A stretch of 64,000 nt of DNA from Felis catus. Taxonomy: Eukaryota. A program made the position numbers and the translations under genes. The notes under the pieces were generated by a model. It worked only from the letters and a program-made list of their open reading frames with translations. It was not told where the DNA came from and searched no databases. Of the stretch, positions 25,331-37,924 are shown piece by piece (position 1 is the first letter of the stretch; the number at the start of each line of letters is the position of its first letter). Where the stretch lies: the NCBI RefSeq assembly GCF_018350175.1, contig NC_058368.1, forward strand, positions 138,262,001 to 138,326,000, given 5' to 3'.

Positions 25331-26558
25331 GTAAGTATATGGCCGTGTGATGCATATTTTAAATGGTTGATTCACTTATTAAACAAATGTAAAAGTATTC
25401 AAGTACTTTGGTGCTGGTTGGTGGACAGGCACTATCCTTAGCCCCTCAGGTGACCCTCTATCATCTGGCTATCTTGGCATTTCTTCCAGATCTTTCCCAC
25501 CATGCCTCCCCAGCCACTCAAATGTTAATGCTGGGAACGGTGGGTTTCTTCTGGACTCCTGTTCTGTTTCCGTTGGTCGGTCCCTACTGTACCCATTGCC
25601 ATCCCAGTTCATAACTGTCATGTTGTTCCTCCTGCCAAACAAGAGAACACCACTGTGGTATCTAAACTTTAAAGAAGCTTCTTCATTGTTTCTACTATAA
25701 TGACCACCAATTACTACGATTATTCAGACAACATTAATCTTTATTGTGTGTTATATTAATTTCATTGCTGGCACAGAGTTAGACTAAAAGTAAAACCAGT
25801 ATTTTATAACATTTTTTATGCAGTCTCTTGTGGTCCGAATGACTCCCTTTAAGAAGAAAGATGTCCTCAATTAACTCTATCAGCATTAAGGAGCATCAGG
25901 TCCTGTTAAAGGAAAGAATCCAGATGCAGTACCGGTGTGGGCATTGTAATGGTGGCTCTCTAAAATGGTTCCTATTTATCACCCATTGACTAATAGGACA
26001 TTTGGGTACCACTCGTAGATATCATCAATTCTAACCGGTTTTAGCAAATTCAAGGCTTAGTGAAGTTTCTGTTAGGCCGTTCAGAGAAAACAAAGAAGCC
26101 TGCCTGCTCAGTCAGTGGTGGATTTGGGGGAGGAAGAGGCTGGTGGAGTGCCTCACCTACCCATCTGTGCTTGTCACCTTGGCCCAATAGCCTCCTTCCC
26201 CCTGTTTGGCACATTGCTCTCATCGGCACCCTGAAGCCAAGTTGTATAAAGGTCAGAGATTGTTTCACAAAGCTACTGCAGAAAATAGCAAGAGATCTTA
26301 AGCAAGTCCCCATGGCCCTGATGCATTTGAACTGTATATATTGCAGATTTCATGACAACCTACTGATTTGTGTAGCAACCTCTCTATGCTATTATTTGGG
26401 GTGCTCTGAACAGAGAGAAAGTAAGTGGGAAGGTGAAACCATTTGGCTTGTCCTATGGGAGGTGAGGACCATGGTAGAAGAGAAAAATTCATTCTACACC
26501 TTTATAGAAACAAAAGTTCTTCAAAACTAAAGAGCTGAAACAGAAGCAGATCATAAGA

Positions 26559-26644
26559 GAACCTAACCCCGTGCATTGAAGGAAGGAAAGCAGATAAGGT
26601 CTTTGGTCGTGTTTCCATTATTTAACGAAGGATATTAACAGTGT
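26559..26644 (+). repeat. 86-bp direct repeat, copy 1 (not a recognised transposon)
   Basis: gaacctaacccc...gatattaacagtgt; 83/86 identical to 29131-29216. Confidence 0.95.
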
Positions 26645-26713
26645 CTATACAGGCCAAATGACCTGCTGACAGGTCAAAGCTTAGATGCGGCATAAAGATA
26701 ACCCTCTTCTTTT

Positions 26714-26942
26714 TTTTTTTTTAATTTTTTTTTCAACGTTTTTTTTAATTTATTTTTGGGACAGAGAGAGACAGAGCATGAACGGGGGAGGGGCAGAGAG
26801 AGAGGGAGACACAGAATCGGAAACAGGCTCCAGGCTCTGAGCCATCAGCCCAGAGCCCGACGCGGGGCTCGAACTCACGGACCGCGAGATCGTGACCTGG
26901 CTGAAGTCGGACGCTTAACCGACTGCGCCACCCAGGCGCCCC
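26714..26942 (-). mobile_element. Young Can-SINE
   Basis: CpG-rich; TSD aaccctcttctttt. Confidence 0.95.
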
Positions 26943-27106
26943 AACCCTCTTCTTTTCTAGGACAACATAGCATATAGTTTCAGATCAAGTTGTGATGCTC
27001 ACCTGATAGTAGGACTTGAACTGTGGATTTGTCCCTCCTGTGCGACCTCTTGAAGAGTTAGCTGTGCCAGCTTTAGACCACATTTGCCATTAAGTGGGAT
27101 GTTAGG

Positions 27107-27328
27107 GGGGCGCCTGGGTGGCTAAGTCGGTTAAGCGGCCGACTTCGGCTCAGGTCACGATCTCGCGGTCTGTGAGTTCGAGCCCCGCGTCGGGCTCTGT
27201 GCTGATGGCTCAGAGCCTGGAGCCTGTTTCCAATTCTGTGTCTCCCTCTCTCTTACCCTCCCCTGTTCATGCTCTGTCTCTCTCTGTCTCAAAAATAAAT
27301 AAACGTTAAAAAAAAATTTTTTTTTAAA
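27107..27328 (+). mobile_element. Can-SINE
   Basis: TSD aagtgggatgttagg. Confidence 0.95.
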
Positions 27329-28857
27329 AAGTGGGATGTTAGGAATAAAGTCCACCAAATCCAGAATGAAGGCAGCCACACCTTCGCCCCTTTTGGTAGA
27401 AGGTGTTGGACTACAGACAACAGTAAGATGATACCGATGCTGTTTCACGGAGATGCTAGCCTGACACATAGTGACTTTCCTAAAGGTCAACCGAGCCCTT
27501 GTCAATGTCAGCATAAGAGAAGGCATTATGTGTAAGTGGTCAAGGGCACTGTGCTGTTACAACATACGCTTTTGAGTTGCATCATACACATTTAGTTGAC
27601 GTAGCCCTTGTGTCTTAAATATCTTCTGGCTAACACCTTGAGGGAATTGCTGTATTAGCTAAGGTTATACAAATGTCTGGATTTCCTAGTTCTCACCTTG
27701 GTATTGTAAGAAGCTAGCTTCCTGCTAATACCTGTGGGTGAGTTTCTCTGCTCTTTGTACTGCGAGAAAAACTTCTTTAGTAAATGCTTCACTTGCTACG
27801 TGTTACAAAAGACATGATGAATTTGGAAATGGCCAGATGATAAGTTGCGGAAAATAGCAGAAGAATGGAGTAGTGTCCCTAGAAGAAATTTTGTTTTTAA
27901 AGAGGACTCAGCTGGAAATAGGAGTAGGGCCTAAATCTATGAAATGAATAGGAAAACATAGAGATGTTCGTTAAATCCTAGATGACTGAGTACTGAGTCT
28001 AGGAGGATCTCTTGAATATTACAGAAGGTAATTTCAAAATGAGCAATTAAAAATACAAAGTGAGCATGGTAATGTGCAACTTCAAAATAGGCAGCAGCGT
28101 TAAGATCTTGTTACCACAGTGGGATTTCCATGGGAATTACTTGTGGAATCAGACACTTCATGGAATCACACATGGAGGGGGTGTGATACCAGGGCTAAAG
28201 GTAGCAGCTCCTTTTCCTCTTCTTTTGTGGCAGAGGCGATCAGCCTGCCTGCGGGGGATTGGCAGGCAACACCCAGGTGTAAACTGAGAGGGGGCTTGGG
28301 ATCAAGGATCCCATAGCGGGTGGTGGAGACTGTAGTGAACTGGTGAGAACATGACCTGTGTCACAGAGGTGTTTAAATGAATCAGTGTGTTTAAATGAAT
28401 CCATGAGCCCAGGATTGCCAGTCTGCTTTTTCCAAGAACCCACAAATCTGCAGGTTTAAAACATGGGGAATCCCTCCGATTTTAAAAGTTGGCGGCTATT
28501 TAAAATGTGGTTTTCAAATGCCGAGGCACAAACAGAACATTTCTGCAGGCTGGGTTAGGAATTGGCATCACCTATTTTTAACATCTCTCTCTAAGGCAGA
28601 CCTGTTACTTCCATTCCTAGAGATCTAATTTGAATTCTCAATCATCTCTAGTGTTCATGTGTGATTAATACAAATAATGATGCTTCCTGGTCTGATGGGT
28701 CATTCGGTTAATGGTACTTTCTACCTGCTTACCTATTTTTCATTTTAAAATTACCTGACCTTACCACCTCCCCTCCTTATGCAATGCTAACCAATTGGTT
28801 CAGATAATTTCATTCTTGCTAATGTCTTCTGCTATTGAAACCTACTCTGCCTTTTAT

Positions 28858-29084
28858 TTAAAAAAAAAAATTTTTTTTTTCACGTTTATTTACTTTTGAG
28901 ACAGAGAGAGAGACAGAGCATGAATGGGGGAGGGTCAGAGAGAGGGAGACACAGAATCTGAAACAGGCTCCAGGCTCTGAGCTGTCAGCCCAGAGCCCAA
29001 CGTGGGGCTTGAACTCACAGACCTCGAGATCATGACCTGAGCCGAAGTCGGCCGCTTAACCGACTGAGCCACCCAGGCGCCCCC
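28858..29084 (-). mobile_element. Can-SINE
   Basis: TSD tactctgccttttat. Confidence 0.94.
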
Positions 29085-29130
29085 TTACTCTGCCTTTTAT
29101 ATGCAGAGGCCATTTACCTTGAAAGCTGAG

Positions 29131-29216
29131 GAACCTAACCCCATGCATTGAAGGAAGGAAAGCAAATAAGGTCTTTGGTCGTATTTCCATTATTTAACGA
29201 AGGATATTAACAGTGT
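29131..29216 (+). repeat. 86-bp direct repeat, copy 2
   Basis: Three G/A differences from copy 1; bracketed by tgagg at 29127-29131 and 29217-29221. Confidence 0.95.
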
Positions 29217-29303
29217 TGAGGCACTCTCCCTAATTAGAGAGGGCAGTATTCAAAAAGTTGTTGTTGGTTTTCGTTTTTGTTTTTTTGCTGCTCTAAGAAG
29301 AAT

Positions 29304-29556
29304 GGGGGACGCCGGGGTGGCTCAGTCAGTTAAGCATCCAGCTCTTAATTTGGCTCGGGTCATGATCTCACGGTTCATGAGACTAAGACCTGCACTGGGC
29401 TCTGTGGTGACAGCGTGGAGCCTGCTTGGAATTCTCCCTGCCCCCCCCCCCCCCCCCCCGCCGTTTCTCTATCTCTGTTTCTTTCTCCCTCTCCCCCACT
29501 ATGTGTGTTCTTTCTCTTTCTCTCAAAATAAATAAATAAACATTTGGGGAAAAATA
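29304..29556 (+). mobile_element. Can-SINE with internal C19 run
   Basis: Head at 29304; poly-C at 29441-29459; aaata tail. Confidence 0.88.
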
Positions 29557-30665
29557 AAGAATGAGATGAAGAGATACTGTGGGCACGCCCTTGCACACAA
29601 CTTTAGATGTGGTATAGCCGTGTGGTGCTGGGAAAGCAGACAGGTCGGCACTAAGGAGTCGGCCATGAGAGATATAGTGGCATGTTCTGGGTAAAGATGT
29701 TGCTCAGTCCATGAAGGAGAAGCCAAACCATCTTCTCCTACCAACTCTGAACAGTGGTGGAAGCCGCAAGCCATAGAAGATTCTTCATACTTCCCCCCAA
29801 AACTGTTTATCTCCTGCAGGCATTTTTTTTTTTTTTTTGGTTATTCTTTCAGCTATGGTTCCTTACCCAGGTTAATTATTATTCTCTTACTCATCATTGA
29901 ATCCCCAGGGCTTAGCAATGGGCCATCAAAAGATCATAATAAATGTTGGTAGAAGAGGTGGTTTCATCGTGGCTTATAGGCCAAATTTTAGCCTCTCTTC
30001 CTCTTCAGCTAAGTCCAGTTCTGCAGACAGTTATTGAAAGCCTGCACCATGCCAAACAATGTACTAGGCGTATAAGTGTGAATTGGACTCATTCCTGCCT
30101 GCCAGTGGCTCCCGTAGTTGGTGGGAGGAAGAGACGTTGGCAGGGCAAACTACAGAAGTTGAGGTGGTATGCTCTGTACTTCGACAGCAGAAGACCCTGC
30201 TTATGCTCAGGGAGTCTGAGGTCGGGCTTCCTCCTTCCCACTGTCGCTTTCAAGGACCGCCCTAAATACTGCTAAATCCAGTGGACTCTTAGGTGGTCCA
30301 CCCTCTCTCATCTCCTTGTGATATTTGATAAGCTATTTTCTATCCCACGCCCTTCTAGAAAAATCCCTCAACCCCTGACTGTGCCATTTTGATAGTCTTA
30401 GCGCTCGGATCGTTCTGCATTTTAAAAGGGTGTCCTCTGACGCCACCCGTTCTTAAGGACAAACATTCCCCTTTCTCCTTTTCTTCCCATCCTCTCTTCA
30501 GCACCCCCTTGCCATTGGAGGTCTGAGCAGCTTCCACAGAGCTTCTGAAAGGTCGAAGTGAACTCATTTGCCTCACACTCGTGCGTTCTTCGGCTCATGT
30601 GTTTGGGGAGACCCTTAGTTTTGGTGCGTTGCTGTTTCACCTGTACCTCTTCCTATCTCGTGTAG

Positions 30666-30844
30666 GATCAGAAGCCATCCGTCATTTCCCTTCAGAAGCT
30701 TATTGCTAGAGAAGTTGCTAATGAGGAAAGAGGAATGTTTCTAATCAGTGCTTCATCTGCCGGTCCTGAGATGTATGAAATTCATACCAACTCCAAGGAG
30801 GAACGGAATAACTGGATGAGACGCATCCAACAGGCAGTAGAAAG
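30666..30844 (+). CDS. ARHGEF28: ARHGEF28 exon (window exon 11): PH domain
   Basis: ctcgtgTAG|GAT CAG...GAA AG|gtaacc; 179 nt, phase 0-2; [59 protein letters not shown]. Confidence 0.96.
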
Positions 30845-31872
30845 GTAACCTTTCCTTCTGTCCATACGCCAGGGGATGGACTCGTCCGCTTGGGGAAAGT
30901 ATTCTAACCATGTTTCCTCTGCATGAACACTTTGCCTCAGCCGGACTGGTCTGCTCCCTGCCCCCGCCCCCGCCTGTGATAGCCCCTCATCTGCCGCTTT
31001 GTTCTCTGCGCCTCCCTGCATGTAAAGCCCTCCCTCCCCTCCGCCTGTGTGAATCCTGCTCATCTCTGGTGCAGCTCATGGCTTCCCTCCTTCGTGAAGA
31101 CCTCCAGTTCCAGTGGTCTCTTCCTTACCCGGAATTCTTTAACACCTGCTCTCTACAGCATTTACTTGGTGCCTGTCATATATTGCCTTGTAGCAGCTCC
31201 CTTTTTCGTGTATATATGTGTATTAGATTGGAAGCTCCTCGAGGGCAGGGGCCATGCTTTTTGTTTTTGTGTGTGCCTAATTCTGAAGAATCATTCAATA
31301 AACATTTTTAGATTGGTCGATCTAAGTGTTCAAAGTCAATTTCCTTGTCATTACTAGTGTTTTTATAAACTGGAGGGGGTGAGGATGATCATCCTTAATG
31401 GTGATTTGATTAATCTGTTTTGAATGATGTTTTATAAAATTCCTCCACCTCCACTGCACCATACTCAAGCTGGCACCCTACCTCTGTCCCCTCCAACTCC
31501 CTCTACTCTGTCCCATTGCGAAGTGCCCAAATGTAGTAGAAAACAAAACTTACTATTTTAGTCGGACCTAATGCTAGTGTTGATAGTGTGGGGCGTAGAG
31601 GTGTGAGCACATGAGTGCATTTGTGTATGTGTGTTTGTTGGAATATTCGAGTCATCCTGTACTGCTGACTTGGAGAGCTATGTCGTACGTGCTAGGTCTT
31701 TTATATATGCAAGAAAACCAAGTATCTCAGCTAGAGGGCACGAAGAATTCTCTTTATGCTGAATTTTTCCTCTCTGAATAATGCTACCTTCAAGTCCCCA
31801 TGTCTTACTAATGAACCGAAAGATACTTGAATTTGGTTTTCAGTGGTCTGTCTTGACTATTGTCTTTTAAAG

Positions 31873-31964
31873 TTGCCCAGAAGAAGAAGGGGGAAGGACA
31901 AGTGAATCTGATGAGGAGAGGCGGAAAGCTGAAGCAAGAGTGGCCAGAATTCAGCAATGTCAAG
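31873..31964 (+). CDS. ARHGEF28: ARHGEF28 exon (window exon 12)
   Basis: tcttttaAAG|T TGC CCA...CAA G|gtactg; 92 nt, phase 2-1; CPEEEGGRTSESDEERRKAEARVARIQQCQ. Confidence 0.94.
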
Positions 31965-32387
31965 GTACTGTGCACACATGTCTGACTCCCTGGCCGTGGT
32001 GTGCTCCTTGGGTGTTGGGCGAGGCCAGGTGTCACGAATGGGGGTTATGATTAAAGCATGAATTCCGTGAACCTGAGGCCCACCCATCACTTGTGAGAAC
32101 AAAAAGATGGGTTTCAGGAGTGTTCAAAAAAGAGGACCGTCTCCCTCCTTCCTCCTTAGTGATTTAAAAATCTGTAACAAATGTTCAGAAATAATTATCC
32201 AAGTAACATGTACGAAACAGTAACTGTGGGCAGGGCAGTTTTGATACAGATGCGCCCTAGGGTCATCGTCTGGTGCTGTAACTTTAGGTCCCGGCACTGG
32301 AAGGTCACACTTGTGTGACTCTGGGCAAGGAACCCATCAACTCTGGTCATCAGTTTCCACGTCTTTGAATTGAGGAAATTAGATTAG

Positions 32388-32558
32388 CTCAGTGATTCCC
32401 ATCTCTGGCTAGACATCGGAACTACTCTGGGAGTTTTGTAAAAATTCTGATGCCTGGGCCCTACCCTCACCCGTTTCCCTTGGGCTCTATGGGAGGTGGT
32501 TGTGGATGGATTTTAAATTCTGCCCAGGTGGTACTGAGGCAGACTGAGAACCCCTGGA
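32388..32558. mobile_element. MER5-like DNA transposon remnant
   Basis: cagtgattccca...tgatgcctgggcccta...cccaggtg...ctgagaacccctg. Confidence 0.65.
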
Positions 32559-33082
32559 TTAGATGCTGACGGAGGTCCCTTTAAACCGTAAGAATCACGT
32601 GATACATTGACACCAGAGGAAAATGGTACATGCCAAGATTATCAAAGACATTGGATGTTGAGAAACCAAAACCTAAATCAGTAGGTGTGGTCTTAAGCAA
32701 GACTGACTGAAGCCTGAGTAGCTTTGCATTGTTTTCCCTTGTGGGTATCGGTCATCATGGACACTGCCACCCCACCTCGATTTTCATTCCTCAGCTTAGT
32801 GTTTAGTCTTAGTGGAAAACAAGCTGAACAAAGAATAGTTTTGCAAGTCTTTCTGGAATTAGAGGCAGGGGAAAGGAACACGCGTCCGAGCGCAATAAAT
32901 TCCATGGAAAGCTAGTCACTAAGTGGAAGAGTTAGGGTTTGAACCCGGTTGTGTCCCGCTCGACAACTTGTACTTGACCTGTGAGACCATACTGATGAGC
33001 AACATCGTGTTCTTCTAGCTTGGACTTTCATACAGTTGTTGTATTCCTCTGTTAACCTTCTGTGCTGAATGCCATTTCGTAG

Positions 33083-33265
33083 AAATCCTCAGTAACCAAG
33101 ACCAACAAATTTGCACATATTTGGAGGAGAAGCTGCATATCTATGCTGAGCTCGGAGAATTGAGTGGACTTGAGGATGTCCATCTGGAGCCCCACCTCCT
33201 CATTAAGCCTGACCCAGGAGAGCCTCCCCAGGCATCCTCATTAGTGGCAGCGGCACTGAAAGAAG
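33083..33265 (+). CDS. ARHGEF28: ARHGEF28 exon (window exon 13)
   Basis: catttcgTAG|AA ATC...GAA G|gtaagc; 183 nt, phase 1-1; ILSNQDQQICTYLEEKLHIYAELGELSG...VAAALKE. Confidence 0.95.
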
Positions 33266-33469
33266 GTAAGCTGCTTCCAAAACTATTTGCTTTGACGGGG
33301 TCAGAAAATGTTCGAGTACCTTCCGGGTGTGCCCAGCGCTGTGGTCTTGGTGCTGAGCGCATAGAGCAATGAGACAGAGGCTCAACTGTGCTACAACTCA
33401 TATTCCAGAAATAGCGAAGTAAAAGAAAATACACGTGTCGGGTCGTGTCCAGTACTACGAAGGAAAAAA

Positions 33470-33937
33470 AGCGCCCCTCAGTAGATGAATGGATAAAGAA
33501 GACACACACATATACACAATAGAATAAACAGGATAAAGAAGACACATATATGTGCATACATATACAGAATAGAATTTTAGCCGTAAAAAGGAATGAGATC
33601 TGGCCACTTGCAGCAGCGTGGATGGACGGAAGGGTGTAATGGTTAGTGAAGTTAAGTCAGAGAAAAACAAAAACCATGTGATTTCACGCCTGTGTGGAAT
33701 TTAGGAAACAAACAAACAACGACAAAAAAAAAAAAAAAAGACAGACTCTTAAATACAGAGGACAAACTGGTGGTTGTCAGAAGGGAGATGGGTGGGGGAG
33801 TGGGGGAAGTAGGCGAGGGGGGATTAAGAACACACTTCCAGTGCCTAGCAGTGAGTAATGTATAGAATTGTTGAATCACTCTACCGTAAACCTGAAACTA
33901 ATGTGATGTGGTGTGTTAATGATACTTCAATAAAAAA
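33470..33937 (+). mobile_element. L1 3' end fragment
   Basis: agatgaatggataaagaag...gtaaacctgaaactaat...cttcaataaaaaa. Confidence 0.85.
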
Positions 33938-34029
33938 CGAGGCAGTCTTATTTGAGAAACAGTGGAGGACAATTGCTTCAAGGTAGATTGTCATAAAGTC
34001 TGAACCCTATTTTTTTTTTTTAAAAGATG

Positions 34030-34420
34030 AACAGGAGAGGGAGTAGAGAGATCGAGTGGGGAGGTTCTCTTTGCTTTAAAGTGACCAAGAAAGGCCTCTT
34101 TGATAAGGTGATATGTAAGCAGACATAAGGGAAGTGAAAAAGCCACGTAGACATCTGGGGAAAGAATGTTGCAGACACAGAGAACAGAGGATGCAAAGGT
34201 TCCAAGGCAGTGAGTGCCAAGCCCGAGGAATGGCCAGAAGGACTGTGCAGGTAGAATGAAGGGAGGGGTGGTGAGTGGCCGATGAGTCAGAGCCAACTAG
34301 CGCTCAGATTACAGGGACCAGATGGAGGTCAGTAAGGAGTTTGGATTTCATTCTGAGGGGCATGGGAAGCATTAGAGGGTTTGAGTAGCGTATTGACTTG
34401 ATGTGTGTTTTAAAAGGAGC
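34030..34420 (-). mobile_element. L2 fragment
   Basis: gaaggcctctttgataaggtga...gtaaggagtttggatttcattctgag...gggaagcattagagggttttgag. Confidence 0.7.
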
Positions 34421-34428
34421 CCCCCGGA

Positions 34429-34823
34429 GGGTTCCTGGGTGGCTCAGTCAGTTAAGCGTCCGACTTTGGCTCAGGTCATAATCTCATGCTTCATGAGCTT
34501 GAGCCCTGCATCGGGCTCTGCACTGAGAGTGTGAAGTCTGCTTTGGATCTTCTGTCTCCCTCTCTCTCAAAAATAAACAAACATTTAAAAAAAAAAAAAA
34601 AGTCTAGGAGCACCTGGGTGGCTCATTCGGTTGAGCGTCCGACTTCGGCTCATGTCATGGTCTCACAGTTTGTGAGTTCGAGCCCCAGCATTGGGCTCTG
34701 TGCTGACAGCTCAGAGCCTGGAGCCTGCTTCAGATTCTGTGTCTCCCTCTGTCTCTGTGACCCTCCCCCACTCGCGCTCTATCTCTGCCTCAAAAATAAA
34801 GAAACCTAATTTAAACATTTTTT
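34429..34823 (+). mobile_element. Two tandem Can-SINEs, the second inserted at the tail of the first
   Basis: Heads at about 34429 and 34607; aaaaaaaagtctagg repeated either side of the second copy. Confidence 0.9.
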
Positions 34824-35477
34824 AAAAAAAAGTCTAGGTTATAACTGGCGGTTTGACCGAGGTAGGGTGGGGGATGAGATCACTGGGGAAATGAGAAAGT
34901 CAAGGAGAACATGAGGCCAAGGTATTGGAAGGTCTATGTTCATAAAACTGAAATTCCTGAGAATTCTGACCAGAGCGGCATTGGGGAAAGGGAGAGAACT
35001 TGCGCCAGGTGCTAAATTGTTCAAGGAGTCTGTAGATGAGTGACAACAAGGAGGGGTAGTGAGCGGTATCATCGGATGCCATGAAACTAGAGGAAAAAAG
35101 GGGCCTGGGGGTGAGGGATAATAGTTTGGAGGTGACAGGGACAATGGGTTTGAGAGAGAAAACAAGATGAATAACTGCAACAGAGATCCTATGCCCCACA
35201 AAGCCTAAACTATTTAAAATGTGCTCCTTGGCAGAGAAAGCTTGCCAAGCCCTGGCTCAGGGTCTCAGAATATTATCTCTGGAGGAGAATTTAGAAATCA
35301 GGGCATTCTATCATCTTTATTTGATGAGGAAACCGACGTCATGAGAAGGGCCTAGAGGTTGTCTGAAGAAGGGTCAACTGATGGGTTCATTCACCCATCC
35401 ATCCATTCATTCAGCCTCGACCCTGTGCTTTGTTGTTGGTGCTGATGGAAGTAATCCTTTCATAACTTCTGGTTAGG

Positions 35478-35678
35478 TACGGGCTCCCAGTTACGGAATG
35501 ACGAAATCACAGGGATAAAAGGTAGAGCCTAGGGAATCTAATCAGTGGTATTGCATGATGACAGATGACAGCTACACTTGCGGTGAGCGCAGCATAATGT
35601 AGAGAATTGTGGACTAGCTATGGTGCGCACCTGAAACTAATACAACGTTGTCAACTACACTTCAATAAAAAAAAAAAA
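35478..35678 (+). mobile_element. L1 3' end fragment
   Basis: ccagttacggaatg...cacctgaaactaat...tcaactacacttcaataaaa(A)n. Confidence 0.8.
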
Positions 35679-35689
35679 GAGCGCGATAA

Positions 35690-36290
35690 AAACTTCTAGT
35701 GGGGGGAAGACAGGCAGTACCTAAGGAAACAAAGTAATTTCAGAAAGTCACAAGAAAATAAGATTGGGGTGAGGTGAAGGCTCTGTGTTAGAGAAGCCAG
35801 GGAAGACCTCTTTGAGGGGATGATTTTTTTGACATGAGAACGGAAAGGTGAGAAGAAGCCAGCTGTCTGGAGATACGGGGGAGAACCACTCCTGGGCAAG
35901 GACCGAGTGGGCACAATGCCCTCGTGTGTGGAGTGAACGTGGCATGTTCAAGGGAAGAAGGAAGGCAGGGCGGCAGCACTCAGGGAAGTAGATGAGGTGA
36001 GGTTCCCTGGGTGAGCAGAGATAGATGTTTGTAGGCTCTGGTTAAAGAAATATCTTATTCCACGCTTGATGGGAAGTTACTGGTGGCTTTTAATCATGGG
36101 TGTGGCACCATCACACGTCTCGAGAAGATTACTGGCTGCCGGCAGGGGAGCAGAGTGAGGGAGACCTGTTTGCCAGAGATGGTTGGGAGGCAGTTACAGG
36201 AGCTGATGGGGGTTGTTGGGACTGTTGACAGTGGAAGTAGAGGGAAGTGGATCAATGCAAGGTATATTTTAGAAATAAAGCTACAAGTAC
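35690..36290 (-). mobile_element. L2 fragment
   Basis: cagggaagacctctttgagg...ggcatgttcaagg...tgatgggaag; bounds approximate. Confidence 0.6.
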
Positions 36291-36567
36291 TTTCGAGTGA
36301 CCCTCTGGTCCTTGATAATGTCTTTATTGGGTAAGTCACCCCCTCTCAATTTTTAGCCGGTGGCTTTCACCTCTTCTGCCATCAGAACTGTGAGCGATGC
36401 CTGCTGTTAGGTCCCTCTGCCTTAATTCATCTGGCCCTCTGTGTTGTGTAGGCGCTTGGGAATAGGAGGGGACCCAGCTGCTTAAGAGAACACCAAACAG
36501 TTGAGGTACTGCCTGACCCACCCTGAGTCGCTATTCATCAGTACTCCGAGATCTAGCAGGAATTCTT

Positions 36568-36764
36568 TTAATTAATTGATCAATTAATTTAGAGACAGTG
36601 AGTGGGGGAGGGGCAGAGACAAAGGGAGAGAGAGAATCCCAAGCAGGTTCCCACACGGTCAGCAAGAACGCCCAGTGTGGGGCTCGAACTCATGAACCGT
36701 GAAATCATGACCTGAGCCGAAACCAAGAGTCAGATGCTTAATGGACTGAGCCGCCCAGGAACCG
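36568..36764 (-). mobile_element. Can-SINE
   Basis: TSD ctagcaggaattctt. Confidence 0.92.
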
Positions 36765-37654
36765 CTAGCAGGAATTCTTAATCAGGGTGAGGTCTTTATC
36801 TCTGGGGGGGGAAATAAAAAACAGTTCAGTAATGCCCCTTGAATGGTCTCCCTAGGTGGTTGCTTTACTGGATGGCTTTTCTTCTCTTTCTCCTCTTTTG
36901 TCTCTCTCTCTTGAATCCCGTTCATCCTTCAAGATTCTACTCAGCTGTCATTTCCTTTAGTAACTTCTTCCTAATTCCACCGGCTAATGCAACTGTGTTG
37001 CTCCTTCGCATTCCTGGAGCATTTTATGGTACTCTAATAAACTGGATCATAGAACTCAGCACTGATCACATGCTACCTTGTATATAGTTACTTGTAAGTG
37101 TCTGTTTCCTCTTTTGGTCTCAAACTCTCCTAATTAGTTAATCACATGCCCAGGAGCCCCTAGAACAGCGTAGGTGCTCAATGAGCATTTGCTAAATTCC
37201 AACACTGGACACGATGTTTTAGACATATTTATAGGGCCTTTAAAACTGTACCATTCACATGCTAGTTGAAAGCATTTAGCATAAATAAAAACCTCACTTT
37301 CTTGGTGTAGTGTTTCCCAGTCTTACCAGATCCTAAGAGCAGCCTTTTGTGCTCGTTTAAAATGCAAATTCTTTGTCTTTTCCCTTGGAGAATCTGATCT
37401 AGTAGGTCTAGGTACCTTTTGGAAATCTGCATTTTTTAAGGTACAGTTGGGGAAATTCTGTTTTGAAGAAGAGCTAGTCTCCCTGAATAGTAGGTTTTAA
37501 AACATTTATGCCTGAAATCATATTTAAATTAATTGAATTACAGAAAGTTTTTCAGCATACTTAGTGTAACCGAAAGTTAAATTTGAGACTTTTTTATATA
37601 GCACATCTTTTTATTAATTCTCTATCATAAAATGATGCTAAAAGTATTGGTATA

Positions 37655-37868
37655 GGTCGCCTTTTGGCAAACTTTTTTCTGTAATGAGCCAGATAGTAAA
37701 TACTTGAGGCTTTGCAGGCCACATACGGTTTCTGGGACACATTCTTTTTTGTGCATGTGTGTGCGTGTATTGTGTGTTTTAACAACTCTTTAAAATATAA
37801 AAACCATTTTTAGCTCCTGGGCCGTATAAAAATAGACACAGGCCAAATAGAGTTTGCCAACCCTTGGT
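37655..37868. mobile_element. MER58-like hAT DNA transposon
   Basis: ggcaaacttttttctgtaatgagccagatagtaaata...gtttgccaaccc (inverted termini ttggcaaac / gtttgccaa). Confidence 0.8.
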
Positions 37869-37924
37869 CTAGATTAAACTACGTGTATTTGGTTTTTAAA
37901 TTTTGTCTTCTTTCTCCTTTTTAG

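Noticed and set aside
26060..26530. 156-aa intronic ORF
   Set aside because: GTG start, no domain, and the PH-domain frame is complete without it.
23022..28401. Small tandem duplications (ctgttcaaatcac x2 at 23022-23051; gtgtttaaatgaatc x2 at 28369-28401)
   Set aside because: Common micro-duplications with no motif or positional link to function.
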